This document shows positions 49,592-57,633 of a DNA stretch of 64,000 nucleotides, piece after piece. The notes beneath the pieces were generated by a model. The model made no database searches and was not told the origin of the DNA. It saw nothing but the letters and a program-made list of their open reading frames with translations. The first letter of the stretch is position 1, and each line of letters starts with the position of its first letter. The DNA is taken from the sequence record OR062943.1, one strand, 5' to 3'. The stretch is from Escherichia phage 241Ecol014PP. The translations under genes were made by a program, and so were the position numbers.

Positions 49592-49620
49592 GCCCTGCCC
49601 GAAAGGGTGGGGCATTTTTG
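49592..49620 (+). terminator. rho-independent terminator
   Basis: GCCCTGCCC-GAAA-GGGTGGGGC then ATTTTTG; same hairpin as at 36948. Confidence 0.65.
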
Positions 49621-49638
49621 TATAAGGAGATCTGAAAA

Positions 49639-50055
49639 ATGACATTAGAAGATATCATTGTTAAGCCTGAGAACTATGACCAATACAACCTGTCAACTCA
49701 ATCTGTAGACCTCGGATGCGCCACAGTCAGTGCATGGCTGGTTAACGGAAAAGAGCTTGACGAGTGCCTGGAAGCACACATGTCGGTGAATAAATTCCTT
49801 GATGAAAATACCCACTGGCTAGAGGGTGCAGGAGTATATGCTTCATGGTTGGAGAGTATGGGATTCAACTACCAATCTGAAGAGGGGTGGTGGAGCTATT
49901 TAGCTATCTGCCCAGAGACGCTGCAATGCTTCATGAAATATTCTGAAGATTTGGAGTACCGGGCGGTGGTTGATAGTGCTATTGCCCGTTATAGCCGTAA
50001 ACCTTTTTCCCACGACATTAAAACTGTGGAAGAATTTGTTGAAGTTTTCTGTTGA
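49639..50055 (+). CDS. hypothetical protein
   Basis: 138-aa ORF, AAGGAGA RBS. Confidence 0.4.
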   Translation: MTLEDIIVKPENYDQYNLSTQSVDLGCATVSAWLVNGKELDECLEAHMSVNKFLDENTHWLEGAGVYASWLESMGFNYQSEEGWWSYLAICPETLQCFMKYSEDLEYRAVVDSAIARYSRKPFSHDIKTVEEFVEVFC

Positions 50056-50080
50056 CACAGGTTGAAAGGTGTGCAATTAT
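50052..50080 (+). promoter_or_regulatory. sigma70-like promoter (weak -10)
   Basis: TTGACA overlapping stop codon, 17-nt spacer, AATTAT. Confidence 0.35.
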
Positions 50081-50151
50081 AACTTCATAGAACGGGAGGA
50101 CGTGATGAACGAAGAAAACTGGGATGTATAACTAACAGGAGGCCACTGCCC

Positions 50152-50349
50152 ATGATTTATCGAATCCGTGTAAGAGAAGATGCACCAGGCTGTTACTTTG
50201 ACTGGCGTGGGTGGTGGTTTCTCCACCCGATGGATGGACTCACAGATAGAATGCTGGATGCTGCCCTTTATACAGATACCGATATAGAATATAATCTCTA
50301 TCTGAAGGACGGTATAGATAACGGCCTATTTGAAGCAATTCCTGTGTAA
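50152..50349 (+). CDS. hypothetical protein
   Basis: 65-aa ORF with AGGAGG RBS. Confidence 0.4.
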   Translation: MIYRIRVREDAPGCYFDWRGWWFLHPMDGLTDRMLDAALYTDTDIEYNLYLKDGIDNGLFEAIPV

Positions 50350-50417
50350 GAGACTGTGATAGCTATGTTTTATGATCTTCCTGTAGCGCCACCACCTGTT
50401 GAACCCGGAGAACTAAG

Positions 50418-50843
50418 ATGATCTATGAAATGCCAAAACTGATTCGTGACGATGCCCAAAACGCTCACACCATTATTATGGGCAAACGCATGGATATTAT
50501 TTGTCATAAAGATTTCTGGGAAGGAAGTTACTTCACAGAGTATTTTGGTAAACTGGACAATGGTCTGCTGATCCAGTTCTACACCGATGCGGAAAACAAC
50601 ATTCCCTGGGAGTTCGAAACTGAAGATGTCAATAAACTTTTCACCTTCCTCGGTATTAAGGTTAAGGCCAAGTTTGAAGAAGGTGAGTGCGACGATTGTG
50701 GATTTTATGAGGTAACAGATTTCTACCTTCCTAGCGGTAAGAACCTTTACTATGAAAGCCACTTCGGTAACTCCAATATGCCACAGTGCTGGACTGAGTT
50801 TTTTGAAATTGCGGAAGAGGAGCTGGCTTACCGTGATTATTGA
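50418..50843 (+). CDS. hypothetical protein
   Basis: 141-aa ORF; ends 11 nt inside the macro-domain gene. Confidence 0.4.
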   Translation: MIYEMPKLIRDDAQNAHTIIMGKRMDIICHKDFWEGSYFTEYFGKLDNGLLIQFYTDAENNIPWEFETEDVNKLFTFLGIKVKAKFEEGECDDCGFYEVTDFYLPSGKNLYYESHFGNSNMPQCWTEFFEIAEEELAYRDY

Positions 50844-51291
50844 TACTGTAGAGGGAGATTTAATCTCCCTTTTTAAGAGCGGTGCTGGTCACCTGATCCA
50901 CGGTTGTAACTGCTTCCACACAATGGGCAAGGGTATAGCAAAACAGATTGCCCGTGAGTTTCCTCAAGCACTGTCAGCCGACAAAGAGACTAGATACGGT
51001 TGCCTAAGTAAACTGGGTGCGTTCTCCCGATGGGAGCACTTATCTCCGATAGGTATTGTCTACGGAATCAATCTATATACCCAGTTCTACCCAGGACCTA
51101 ATGCTGAGTATTTCTCAATCCTGAAAGGCTTTGAGCTAGTCAATGAAGTATTCAGCGGATCGACTTTACCATTCTACATCCCTAAGATCGGGTGCGGCAT
51201 AGGCGGTTTGAAGTGGGAACACGTAGAGGACGTTATTAACCTTGCCACTTTCGACATAGATATTGTCGTGGTGGAGTACAAAAAGTGTTGA
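50833..51291 (+). CDS. macro-domain protein (ADP-ribose binding/hydrolase fold)
   Basis: GTG 50833 after GAGGAG; GDLISLFKSGAGHLIHGCNCFHTMGKGIAKQI and IPKIGCGIGGLKWEHV fit macro-domain signature. Confidence 0.55.
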   Translation: MIIDTVEGDLISLFKSGAGHLIHGCNCFHTMGKGIAKQIAREFPQALSADKETRYGCLSKLGAFSRWEHLSPIGIVYGINLYTQFYPGPNAEYFSILKGFELVNEVFSGSTLPFYIPKIGCGIGGLKWEHVEDVINLATFDIDIVVVEYKKC

Positions 51292-51316
51292 CGACCATCT
51301 TCTGAGGTGATATAGT
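51288..51316 (+). promoter_or_regulatory. sigma70-like promoter
   Basis: TTGACG overlapping stop codon, 17-nt spacer, TATAGT. Confidence 0.5.
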
Positions 51317-51345
51317 TTCCACGACAACTAAGAGAGGAGAGCACT

Positions 51346-51516
51346 GTGGAGACTAAAATCTTAATTCTTGCTGTGGTAGATACAACCGAAGGAGCTATAT
51401 TCGAATCTGCAGGAGGGTATTTCTACCTACCATACGGAAAAAGAACTTCCGAGCCAAGTAAAGATTCAATCCTCAAAGTGTTCCCGTGTGCTTTCTGGCT
51501 GGAGATTTTGGTATAA
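51346..51516 (+). CDS. small hypothetical protein (56 aa)
   Basis: GTG after AGAGAGGAGAG, downstream of the 51288 promoter; below track cutoff. Confidence 0.3.
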   Translation: METKILILAVVDTTEGAIFESAGGYFYLPYGKRTSEPSKDSILKVFPCAFWLEILV

Positions 51517-51542
51517 GATTGCAGAGGATTTGGGAGAGAATT

Positions 51543-51737
51543 ATGAGAAACAAGAAAGAACTTTACTCCGGTGAGTGGATCAACGATCAACAGGTGGGAG
51601 AGGTAACCTGCTTCCGATGTTTTACCAGGTACAATCTTAAAACTGCACCAAAAAGTGTTCCAAAGACTGACGGTTACTACATAAAAGAACCTCATTGCCC
51701 AAAATGTAAATGCCGATTGTACTGGAGCAATCTATAA
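51543..51737 (+). CDS. zinc-ribbon protein
   Basis: ATG 51543; CFRC..(24 aa)..CPKCKC pattern; track ORF starts at GTG 51486. Confidence 0.4.
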   Translation: MRNKKELYSGEWINDQQVGEVTCFRCFTRYNLKTAPKSVPKTDGYYIKEPHCPKCKCRLYWSNL

Positions 51738-51741
51738 GAGG

Positions 51742-51769
51742 TTGACATCTGAAAACTGCAGTGTATAGT
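51742..51769 (+). promoter_or_regulatory. sigma70-like promoter
   Basis: TTGACA, 16-nt spacer, TATAGT. Confidence 0.5.
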
Positions 51770-51800
51770 ATACGCATAAACTAACAGAGAGCGATGTATT

Positions 51801-51992
51801 ATGGTAATTTTTAACCGGGATGGTATCATAGTTAGACAGCACCCGTTCCTTGAATACTATCAAATTGAGCAATGGTGCTACGGGGATTGCAGTCACTCCT
51901 ATGGGCAAAGTTGGGGATATCGTACAGTTTTTGAATCAACAGACCTTGACAAAGTAAGACAGAAAGTTTTAGAACTTATTAACAACAAGTGA
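51801..51992 (+). CDS. hypothetical protein
   Basis: 63-aa ORF. Confidence 0.35.
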   Translation: MVIFNRDGIIVRQHPFLEYYQIEQWCYGDCSHSYGQSWGYRTVFESTDLDKVRQKVLELINNK

Positions 51993-52001
51993 GTATGATA
52001 T

Positions 52002-52334
52002 ATGGTAACATTAGAAAGACGTAAAGCTATCGCCGCCACACTGGCAGACATCTTTTGGGATTGCAACTTAAAAGATACCCGAAATTGTGGCGCATCTGTA
52101 GATGTATTATTCCCACGGCCCACCATTGTTGCAATGGGAAACCTGTTAAACGTAGTGTACGGAGCATGGGACAAAGAAGGTGGATTCTATGTCTGGCAAC
52201 CTGACTACGGAGCCTGGAAAGAGGTAAGGGGTGCGGATGACTTTGGGCCTACAGTTGCTAAGATGGATGGCTGGCAAATTTATGTTGGAAACGACATGGA
52301 ACTGAAAGGCGAAATTGTTTACTGGTTACCTTAA
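52002..52334 (+). CDS. hypothetical protein
   Basis: 110-aa ORF. Confidence 0.4.
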   Translation: MVTLERRKAIAATLADIFWDCNLKDTRNCGASVDVLFPRPTIVAMGNLLNVVYGAWDKEGGFYVWQPDYGAWKEVRGADDFGPTVAKMDGWQIYVGNDMELKGEIVYWLP

Positions 52335-52354
52335 GAAAGTGCAGGAGATAAAGC

Positions 52355-52600
52355 ATGAACAAAGAATGGACATTAGTAGACGGCGTTAAAAACATGCCTC
52401 TCGGAAAGTATATCGTAGCCATGACGGATGAGAATGGCAATGTGGATTTCGGAGCTTGCGAGGTTGTTCTTGCAGGATCTGGTAACTACGTGGACAAAAC
52501 TGGGATAATTAACGGTCAGTTCTACTTTGATCACAACCCTGTTGTAGCGTATATGGCTATGCCAGAGTTCAAGCTACCAAAGGAGTGCGCTAATGTTTAA
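52355..52600 (+). CDS. hypothetical protein
   Basis: 81-aa ORF with GCAGGAGA RBS. Confidence 0.4.
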   Translation: MNKEWTLVDGVKNMPLGKYIVAMTDENGNVDFGACEVVLAGSGNYVDKTGIINGQFYFDHNPVVAYMAMPEFKLPKECANV

Positions 52601-52790
52601 GCTAAAATCCGCATGGAACATTGCTGTAGGAGATGAGATCCGCATCCCAGGCGGGAAGACCATTATGAAGATATCTCGTATTGAGTACGAAGGTGACCGT
52701 GTATTCCACATCTTTGCAGAAGATGGTCGAGAAATTTATGTGCAGGCAGGCTCTCACATCTATATCCGTAAGAAAGGAGATGACAAATGA
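52593..52790 (+). CDS. hypothetical protein
   Basis: 65-aa ORF. Confidence 0.4.
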   Translation: MFKLKSAWNIAVGDEIRIPGGKTIMKISRIEYEGDRVFHIFAEDGREIYVQAGSHIYIRKKGDDK

Positions 52791-53113
52791 CAGAGATCAT
52801 CATTTCAACTGCAGGGTATGTATTCCTGACAATCCTTGCGCTGACTATTTTGGTGGTGGTATATGGGATTGTTATTCTCCCTATTCTTGAGACAATTAGT
52901 TTGTGTCGGTGTTGGAGAAAGGCTTACGGTCCACAGCCGTGGAAGGACTGGCCCCACCTGGTGCACATAGCGTTCTCTTATGCCTACGATCACTCTAGCA
53001 GTGCATGCATAACCGGATACCACGCCCACAATTGGAGATGGGAAGGGTTGAGGAAGTGGAATGTTACAAAGACTATACCTCTGCGCATGTACAAAGGAAA
53101 AAGGAGGGATTGA
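52787..53113 (+). CDS. membrane protein
   Basis: 108 aa; long N-terminal hydrophobic segment YVFLTILALTILVVVYGIVILPIL. Confidence 0.4.
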   Translation: MTEIIISTAGYVFLTILALTILVVVYGIVILPILETISLCRCWRKAYGPQPWKDWPHLVHIAFSYAYDHSSSACITGYHAHNWRWEGLRKWNVTKTIPLRMYKGKRRD

Positions 53114-53757
53114 TGGGAATACCTGTTAAAGACAGAAAAATATGTGGTCGTGGAGTAAACGATTTAAAAGACAAAGTCCCAATGTACCAATCTGTTAATG
53201 GTAAGAGAGTACCAGAACCTCACTATGCTACATGGAAAGCATTATTCCAGAGGTGCTACGGCGATAACTCAAAGTACCATACAGGTTGTGAAGTTGTAGA
53301 AGATTGGTGGTTGTTCTCAGAATTCTGGAAATGGATGGATACACAAGAGTGGAAAAGAAACGCTAAGAAGTTCACTCTTGACAAAGATCTGAAAATCCCC
53401 GGAAACAGAATATACTCCCCAGAAACATGTATGTTTGCTCCACCACAAATAAACACCTTATTTGGCATAAGACAGGCAGCACGAGGGGATTTACCTTTGG
53501 GTGTGACACTTAGAAAAGATGTAAACAAGTACCTCGTGCATTGTCATCAAGATGGAAAAATTGTTCATGGTGGTCATTTCGCTGATCCGCAGATAGCACA
53601 CAAGGTGTGGCAAGAAATGAAACTTGAGGAGATGAAGCTTCAAGCTATTAAAAACAAAGATGAGATTTGGCTGTTCGCCATTAAACGTGCAATAACTATC
53701 CTTGAGAATGATTTGAAAAATAATAAGGAGACTATAACATTGGTGAAATTTATTTAA
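53113..53757 (+). CDS. HNH_3-type endonuclease
   Basis: ATG 53113 after AAGGAGGG; Trp-rich region then TLDKDLKIPGNRIYSPETCMFAPPQIN core; track ORF begins at 53005. Confidence 0.5.
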   Translation: MGIPVKDRKICGRGVNDLKDKVPMYQSVNGKRVPEPHYATWKALFQRCYGDNSKYHTGCEVVEDWWLFSEFWKWMDTQEWKRNAKKFTLDKDLKIPGNRIYSPETCMFAPPQINTLFGIRQAARGDLPLGVTLRKDVNKYLVHCHQDGKIVHGGHFADPQIAHKVWQEMKLEEMKLQAIKNKDEIWLFAIKRAITILENDLKNNKETITLVKFI

Positions 53758-54085
53758 GATATTTATGGTAGTATTTATTTTAAAATTATAAAAATTTTAG
53801 GTGATGAGGGAAAATATGTAATGGATTTTCCCTTATTTATCAGATATTTGCAGATATTTGGAAATCCTTAGAAAATCAGAAAATGGATCGAAAACTAAAA
53901 TGGATTTTTCAGGGTAGACACGATGAGCTGAACCACTCATCCTATCGTTTGCGGCATATTCCGGACTACCATTCCAGATTTTCCGCGTATGCTCACATCC
54001 TCCTACTAGAACTTCCCCCACTTATCCTTGACCTTTTATGGTAATAATATAACCACTATCTTGAAGTTGCGGTGCAGCTTTCCAG

Positions 54086-54173
54086 GTACTCGATCTGTTT
54101 TTCGTTTCAAAGATTGAATTTTCTGAAAATTTTTCTCGATAAATTTCTTAGTACTCGATCTGTTTTTCGTTTT
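54086..54173. repeat. 22-bp direct repeat pair (GTACTCGATCTGTTTTTCGTTT) within ORF-free region
   Basis: copies at 54086-54107 and 54151-54173; surrounded by further short repeats (AAATGGAT x3, CAGATATTTG x2). Confidence 0.6.
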
Positions 54174-54377
54174 CTGAATCAGATTTTCTGGAAATCGTTC
54201 CGGCGCTCGACCTAAAATTTTTGGGGGCGAAATCGATTTTTCGTTTTCAGAAATGGATTTTTAAAATTTATATATGGGGATATTTTATGGGATATTGTTT
54301 TATAGGAAATTGTTACGGAGGATAATTAGCATGCTAATTAAATTTATTAAATGTGAGGAGTTCTCATTTAGAATTTT

Positions 54378-54392
54378 GAATGATAATCATTC
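54378..54392. promoter_or_regulatory. 15-bp palindrome GAATGATAATCATTC (operator-like)
   Basis: near-perfect dyad symmetry directly upstream of first GC-rich element copy. Confidence 0.35.
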
Positions 54393-54409
54393 TCGTTTGC
54401 AGAATAACG

Positions 54410-54432
54410 GGCAGGCCCGGTGATTGTCTCCC
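54410..54432. repeat. GC-rich element, copy 1 (direct)
   Basis: GGCAGGCCCGGTGATTGTCTCCC; 22/23 match to reverse complement of 62071-62093. Confidence 0.6.
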
Positions 54433-54548
54433 GGCCCCTGTTGCCCCGGCTTGTTATTATAGTATCACACAGGACAAAGAAGGCAAGGATTTTTTGCATA
54501 AATTTTTAAATGATAATGATAACCGTTCTCATTTTATGCAGCGCCCAT

Positions 54549-54586
54549 CTCCGGTGGTTGTCTCCCCCGTCACCGGTGCCTGCCGT
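54549..54586. repeat. GC-rich element, copy 2 (direct, longer)
   Basis: CTCCGGTGGTTGTCTCCCCCGTCACCGGTGCCTGCC; matches reverse complement of 62051-62093 with few mismatches. Confidence 0.6.
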
Positions 54587-54755
54587 CCTTTCGATAGGTA
54601 TATTGTGCCACCTGGCGGGGCCGCTGTCAACACTTTTCAAAAAATTTTTCTAACCTGGTGCGCTAACCGTTGCAACCTGGCGGGGCCAGCCTGGCAGGGG
54701 GGTGAAAGCTTGCAAACCTGGTAGTAGGGTAAACAATTGAAGAGGAGGTACAAAA

Positions 54756-54914
54756 ATGAAAGGTAATGCTACTCACCTGGAAAATGTAGCGATTAATGAC
54801 GCTGAGGCTATCGCCCTGGTTGAAAAGGCTATGGCGGGAGCGTTGGAACATAAAGAAGAGTACGAAAAAATGGTGGTTAACCTGGAGGGGGGCGGCAGGT
54901 GGATTCTATCATAA
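54756..54914 (+). CDS. small hypothetical protein (52 aa)
   Basis: ATG 7 nt after GAGGAGG; below track cutoff. Confidence 0.4.
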   Translation: MKGNATHLENVAINDAEAIALVEKAMAGALEHKEEYEKMVVNLEGGGRWILS

Positions 54915-54933
54915 AAATAATTTAAAATAGTCG

Positions 54934-54961
54934 TTGACAACAAGGTTAATCATGGTATTAT
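54934..54961 (+). promoter_or_regulatory. sigma70-like promoter
   Basis: TTGACA, 16-nt spacer, TATTAT. Confidence 0.5.
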
Positions 54962-55011
54962 TACCCTACAAGGTGAACAACACCGCACTAACCAGTAAAG
55001 AGGATAAATTT

Positions 55012-55209
55012 ATGAACGCATACGGGATCAAAGTACGTCGCAACACTCGCCAGGTGGTCACCAATCAAGTGATTTGCCGGGTGGATGTAACCATCAACAA
55101 CGGGCAAGGCCTTTATAAATTTCGTCGCGGTCATAGCTATACTCTGCAACAGCTTAATCGTTGCGCCCTGACAAAAGGTCAGATCAACCACTGGTTTAAT
55201 AAAAAATAA
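55012..55209 (+). CDS. hypothetical basic protein
   Basis: ATG 55012 after AAAGAGGA; track ORF begins inside the promoter at 54934. Confidence 0.4.
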   Translation: MNAYGIKVRRNTRQVVTNQVICRVDVTINNGQGLYKFRRGHSYTLQQLNRCALTKGQINHWFNKK

Positions 55210-55212
55210 ATA

Positions 55213-55241
55213 TTGACATGTAGTCTGAAACAAAATATACT
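55213..55241 (+). promoter_or_regulatory. sigma70-like promoter
   Basis: TTGACA, 17-nt spacer, TATACT. Confidence 0.6.
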
Positions 55242-55273
55242 GAAAGCACAAAAGACACTAAGAGGATAAAATC

Positions 55274-55672
55274 ATGAAAACCACAACCTTTAATTTTGAC
55301 AATGCTGACTTCTCTTTTTCTGATGTTAAAAGCTGCCGCCGTGATCGCGGATTCTACAAGGCCTATAATCTGGTTGGCCTGGACGATGATAATAATTTGC
55401 ACGAAGTAGCGGAGATCCGGTACTATGCCGCCGCCAGCGGTAACACTCACTACTGTGTATTTTGGATTCACGACAACAAGAACAATAAGTACGGTTATAC
55501 TGGCGGCAAGGCGAGCGGTCACGGTTATGATAAAGCCAACGCTGCACTTGAAAGCGCATTAAGTGCCATGGGAATCACTGCCGACGGCTGGATCTATGAA
55601 GAAGAGTTTTTGGCGGCACTTGCTAACCACCTAGGCTATAAAAAGCACATTGTAACATGCGCCCACGAATAA
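55274..55672 (+). CDS. hypothetical protein
   Basis: 132-aa ORF, AAGAGGA RBS; CTG/GGC/CGC-rich codon choice. Confidence 0.45.
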   Translation: MKTTTFNFDNADFSFSDVKSCRRDRGFYKAYNLVGLDDDNNLHEVAEIRYYAAASGNTHYCVFWIHDNKNNKYGYTGGKASGHGYDKANAALESALSAMGITADGWIYEEEFLAALANHLGYKKHIVTCAHE

Positions 55673-55682
55673 AAAAAAATTA

Positions 55683-55710
55683 TTGACACGCTGCAAAATT
55701 AAAGTAAACT
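55683..55710 (+). promoter_or_regulatory. sigma70-like promoter
   Basis: TTGACA, 16-nt spacer, TAAACT. Confidence 0.55.
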
Positions 55711-55720
55711 AGACACAAAA

Positions 55721-55739
55721 GGCGGGAATGTTTCCCGCC
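55721..55739 (+). promoter_or_regulatory. conserved 5' leader hairpin GGCGGGAA-TGT-TTCCCGCC
   Basis: perfect 8-bp stem downstream of promoter, upstream of RBS; near-identical hairpin at 57922. Confidence 0.5.
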
Positions 55740-55758
55740 AGCACAAAGGAAAAAGATC

Positions 55759-56163
55759 ATGAATAAGAACGTACGCCGCATCATGAACGAACTGGCAAAC
55801 GATGAAAAAATTATTGATATGCATTTGGTCAACATTTGCCGCCGTTGTGTAACATACAACAACCGAGCCGCAAAAGCGCGTGAGATGAACGCAAAAGGCA
55901 CCTTAAAGCCATTCCAGGTGGTGGTAAAGGCCATTAAAGATGTAACTAATACGGCAAACCAGGTACAGGGGAACACCAACGAGAGTACCAATATTGATCC
56001 GGCTTACATCATGAAACGGATCCGGACCTGCAAGAACAAAGAGCAAGTGTATAATGTTATAGACTGGTTGGATTCTATGGGCGATGTGGTTTACAATAGG
56101 TTTTCTGCAGCTATTGAGATCCAGCTTGACAGGTTGGACGGTAAAGTACTGAAAACTTACTGA
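55759..56163 (+). CDS. hypothetical protein
   Basis: 134-aa ORF. Confidence 0.45.
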   Translation: MNKNVRRIMNELANDEKIIDMHLVNICRRCVTYNNRAAKAREMNAKGTLKPFQVVVKAIKDVTNTANQVQGNTNESTNIDPAYIMKRIRTCKNKEQVYNVIDWLDSMGDVVYNRFSAAIEIQLDRLDGKVLKTY

Positions 56164-56164
56164 G

Positions 56165-56205
56165 TTTATTTTTAGATGGCCTTGACACCAGGGCCATCAA
56201 TAAAG
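56165..56205 (+). repeat. 41-bp promoter/palindrome cassette, copy 1
   Basis: TTTATTTTTAGATGGCCTTGACACCAGGGCCATCAATAAAG; dyad GATGGCC..GGCCATC surrounds TTGACA. Confidence 0.65.
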
Positions 56206-56243
56206 TAAACTAATCTCAACTAAGCGAAAAAGGGGGCTTTAAG

Positions 56244-56363
56244 ATGAGCGCTACACGCCAATACACAAAGGTAACTATTATCGTTTGCGTTGTCGGTTAC
56301 ATCCTGGCGCAAATGTTAATGAGTAGCGCTAACAGTTTTGCAAAATTTTTCTTAAATTTTTAA
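56244..56363 (+). CDS. small hydrophobic peptide (39 aa)
   Basis: ATG after AAAGGGGG; single transmembrane-like segment; below track cutoff. Confidence 0.3.
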   Translation: MSATRQYTKVTIIVCVVGYILAQMLMSSANSFAKFFLNF

Positions 56364-56391
56364 TTGACAAACTAACTTAGATCAATATACT
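56364..56391 (+). promoter_or_regulatory. sigma70-like promoter
   Basis: TTGACA, 16-nt spacer, TATACT; followed by leader hairpin GGGAAAACTTCCC at 56405. Confidence 0.55.
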
Positions 56392-56442
56392 TAAACACGT
56401 AAACGGGAAAACTTCCCAGAGCACACAAAAGGAGAAAACACC

Positions 56443-56784
56443 ATGACTACTATGACCGCCGAAGAAAAAGCCCTGCAGATCGCCGCTCTGAAAAAACAGA
56501 TTGCAGAACTTGAAGACAAGATCGACAATTTTGAAATCGACGAAGACAAACACGACGATAAATATGATGAATGGTTAGACGAGATCTACGGCGAAATCAT
56601 GATCGGAAACATTTCTTTTCTTCCGTCGCGTATCCTCAAGGAGCTAGATCCTATCGCTTACCGCTGCGGATTTAGCGACTACATCGACAGCCTGGATATT
56701 GAGGACGATGAAGAATACCAAGAATTACAGACAGAGCTTGAAGAAGTGAAAGAAGAGCTTGCAGAACTGGAAGAAAACGAGTAA
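56443..56784 (+). CDS. highly acidic protein (candidate DNA mimic)
   Basis: 113 aa with roughly one third Asp/Glu and few basic residues; AAAGGAGAA RBS. Confidence 0.45.
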   Translation: MTTMTAEEKALQIAALKKQIAELEDKIDNFEIDEDKHDDKYDEWLDEIYGEIMIGNISFLPSRILKELDPIAYRCGFSDYIDSLDIEDDEEYQELQTELEEVKEELAELEENE

Positions 56785-56826
56785 ATTTATTTTTAGATGG
56801 CCTTGACACCAGGGCCATCAATAAAG
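56785..56826 (+). repeat. promoter/palindrome cassette, copy 2
   Basis: ATTTATTTTTAGATGGCCTTGACACCAGGGCCATCAATAAAG. Confidence 0.65.
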
Positions 56827-56859
56827 ATAATTTATTAACACCATGAAAGGAGAAAGTAC

Positions 56860-57213
56860 ATGATCAGCGGGGCTAGTTTTATTATTGGCGCTATTGCTAC
56901 GGCTTTAATTGTAAACAAGATCCAATCTAAAAACGAAAAAGATAGCAACGCGCTCACAGAATACCCATTTTGGGTATTCAACGACAACGAAGACTACATA
57001 ATCAAGTACAAGAATGAGAAGGGCGACCAGGTAACACCGCGACCGATCCCGGCTTACAAAATGCAAGAAACACTATACCGCCTAAAGGCTGGAGGCGCAA
57101 AAATCGTAGACTTTTGGGGATATGATTGCAAGGATCAGGAGGTTATAAAACGGCGTATCCGGGCGATTCAGGCAAATATTGAGATCAGTAAGGGGGGAAG
57201 TTATGAAAATTAA
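56860..57213 (+). CDS. membrane-anchored protein
   Basis: 117 aa; N-terminal hydrophobic helix ISGASFIIGAIATALIV. Confidence 0.45.
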   Translation: MISGASFIIGAIATALIVNKIQSKNEKDSNALTEYPFWVFNDNEDYIIKYKNEKGDQVTPRPIPAYKMQETLYRLKAGGAKIVDFWGYDCKDQEVIKRRIRAIQANIEISKGGSYEN

Positions 57214-57400
57214 TTTCGAAAAAATTGTAAAGCGCCCCCACGATTCCGAAGAGCTGCCGGAACGCCGCCAGCGCAACAATAAACTGAATAAACCGAAAAG
57301 ATTTGGGAAGATCTGGCGGAATCATTATGATCGTAAACTGCCTGTCCTACTTTTGGAACGTGAACGACAGGCGGAACGATACCGCCACAAAGGCAAATAA
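57203..57400 (+). CDS. small basic protein
   Basis: ATG 57203 after AGGGGGGAAG; Arg/Lys-rich; overlaps end of upstream gene. Confidence 0.35.
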   Translation: MKINFEKIVKRPHDSEELPERRQRNNKLNKPKRFGKIWRNHYDRKLPVLLLERERQAERYRHKGK

Positions 57401-57408
57401 CAACCAAC

Positions 57409-57438
57409 GCCCCGCCATTGTGCGGGGCTTTTTATTTC
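57409..57438 (+). terminator. rho-independent terminator
   Basis: GCCCCGC-CATTGT-GCGGGGC then TTTTTATTTC. Confidence 0.7.
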
Positions 57439-57570
57439 TATCCTACGAATAGCGCCCCTGGTTGGCCCTACAAACGCCACAAAAGCCCCTACCTATGCAA
57501 TCCCCTTTCTTAGCCTGAAAACATCACCCAGGGCCGTTTTATGGTGTTAAAAATATCTTTTATTTAAAGC

Positions 57571-57598
57571 TTGACACCTTGGAATCGCCTGATATACT
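57571..57598 (+). promoter_or_regulatory. sigma70-like promoter
   Basis: TTGACA, 16-nt spacer, TATACT. Confidence 0.55.
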
Positions 57599-57633
57599 AA
57601 CCACATCAAAGCAAGAAGGAAGGAGTAAACGCC

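Noticed and set aside
54380-54724. Track ORF of 114 aa in the repeat-rich intergenic region
   Set aside because: No RBS; it runs straight through the GC-rich repeated elements and promoter-like sequences, and its composition (Pro/Gly/Cys/Arg from GC-rich repeats) looks like translated non-coding DNA
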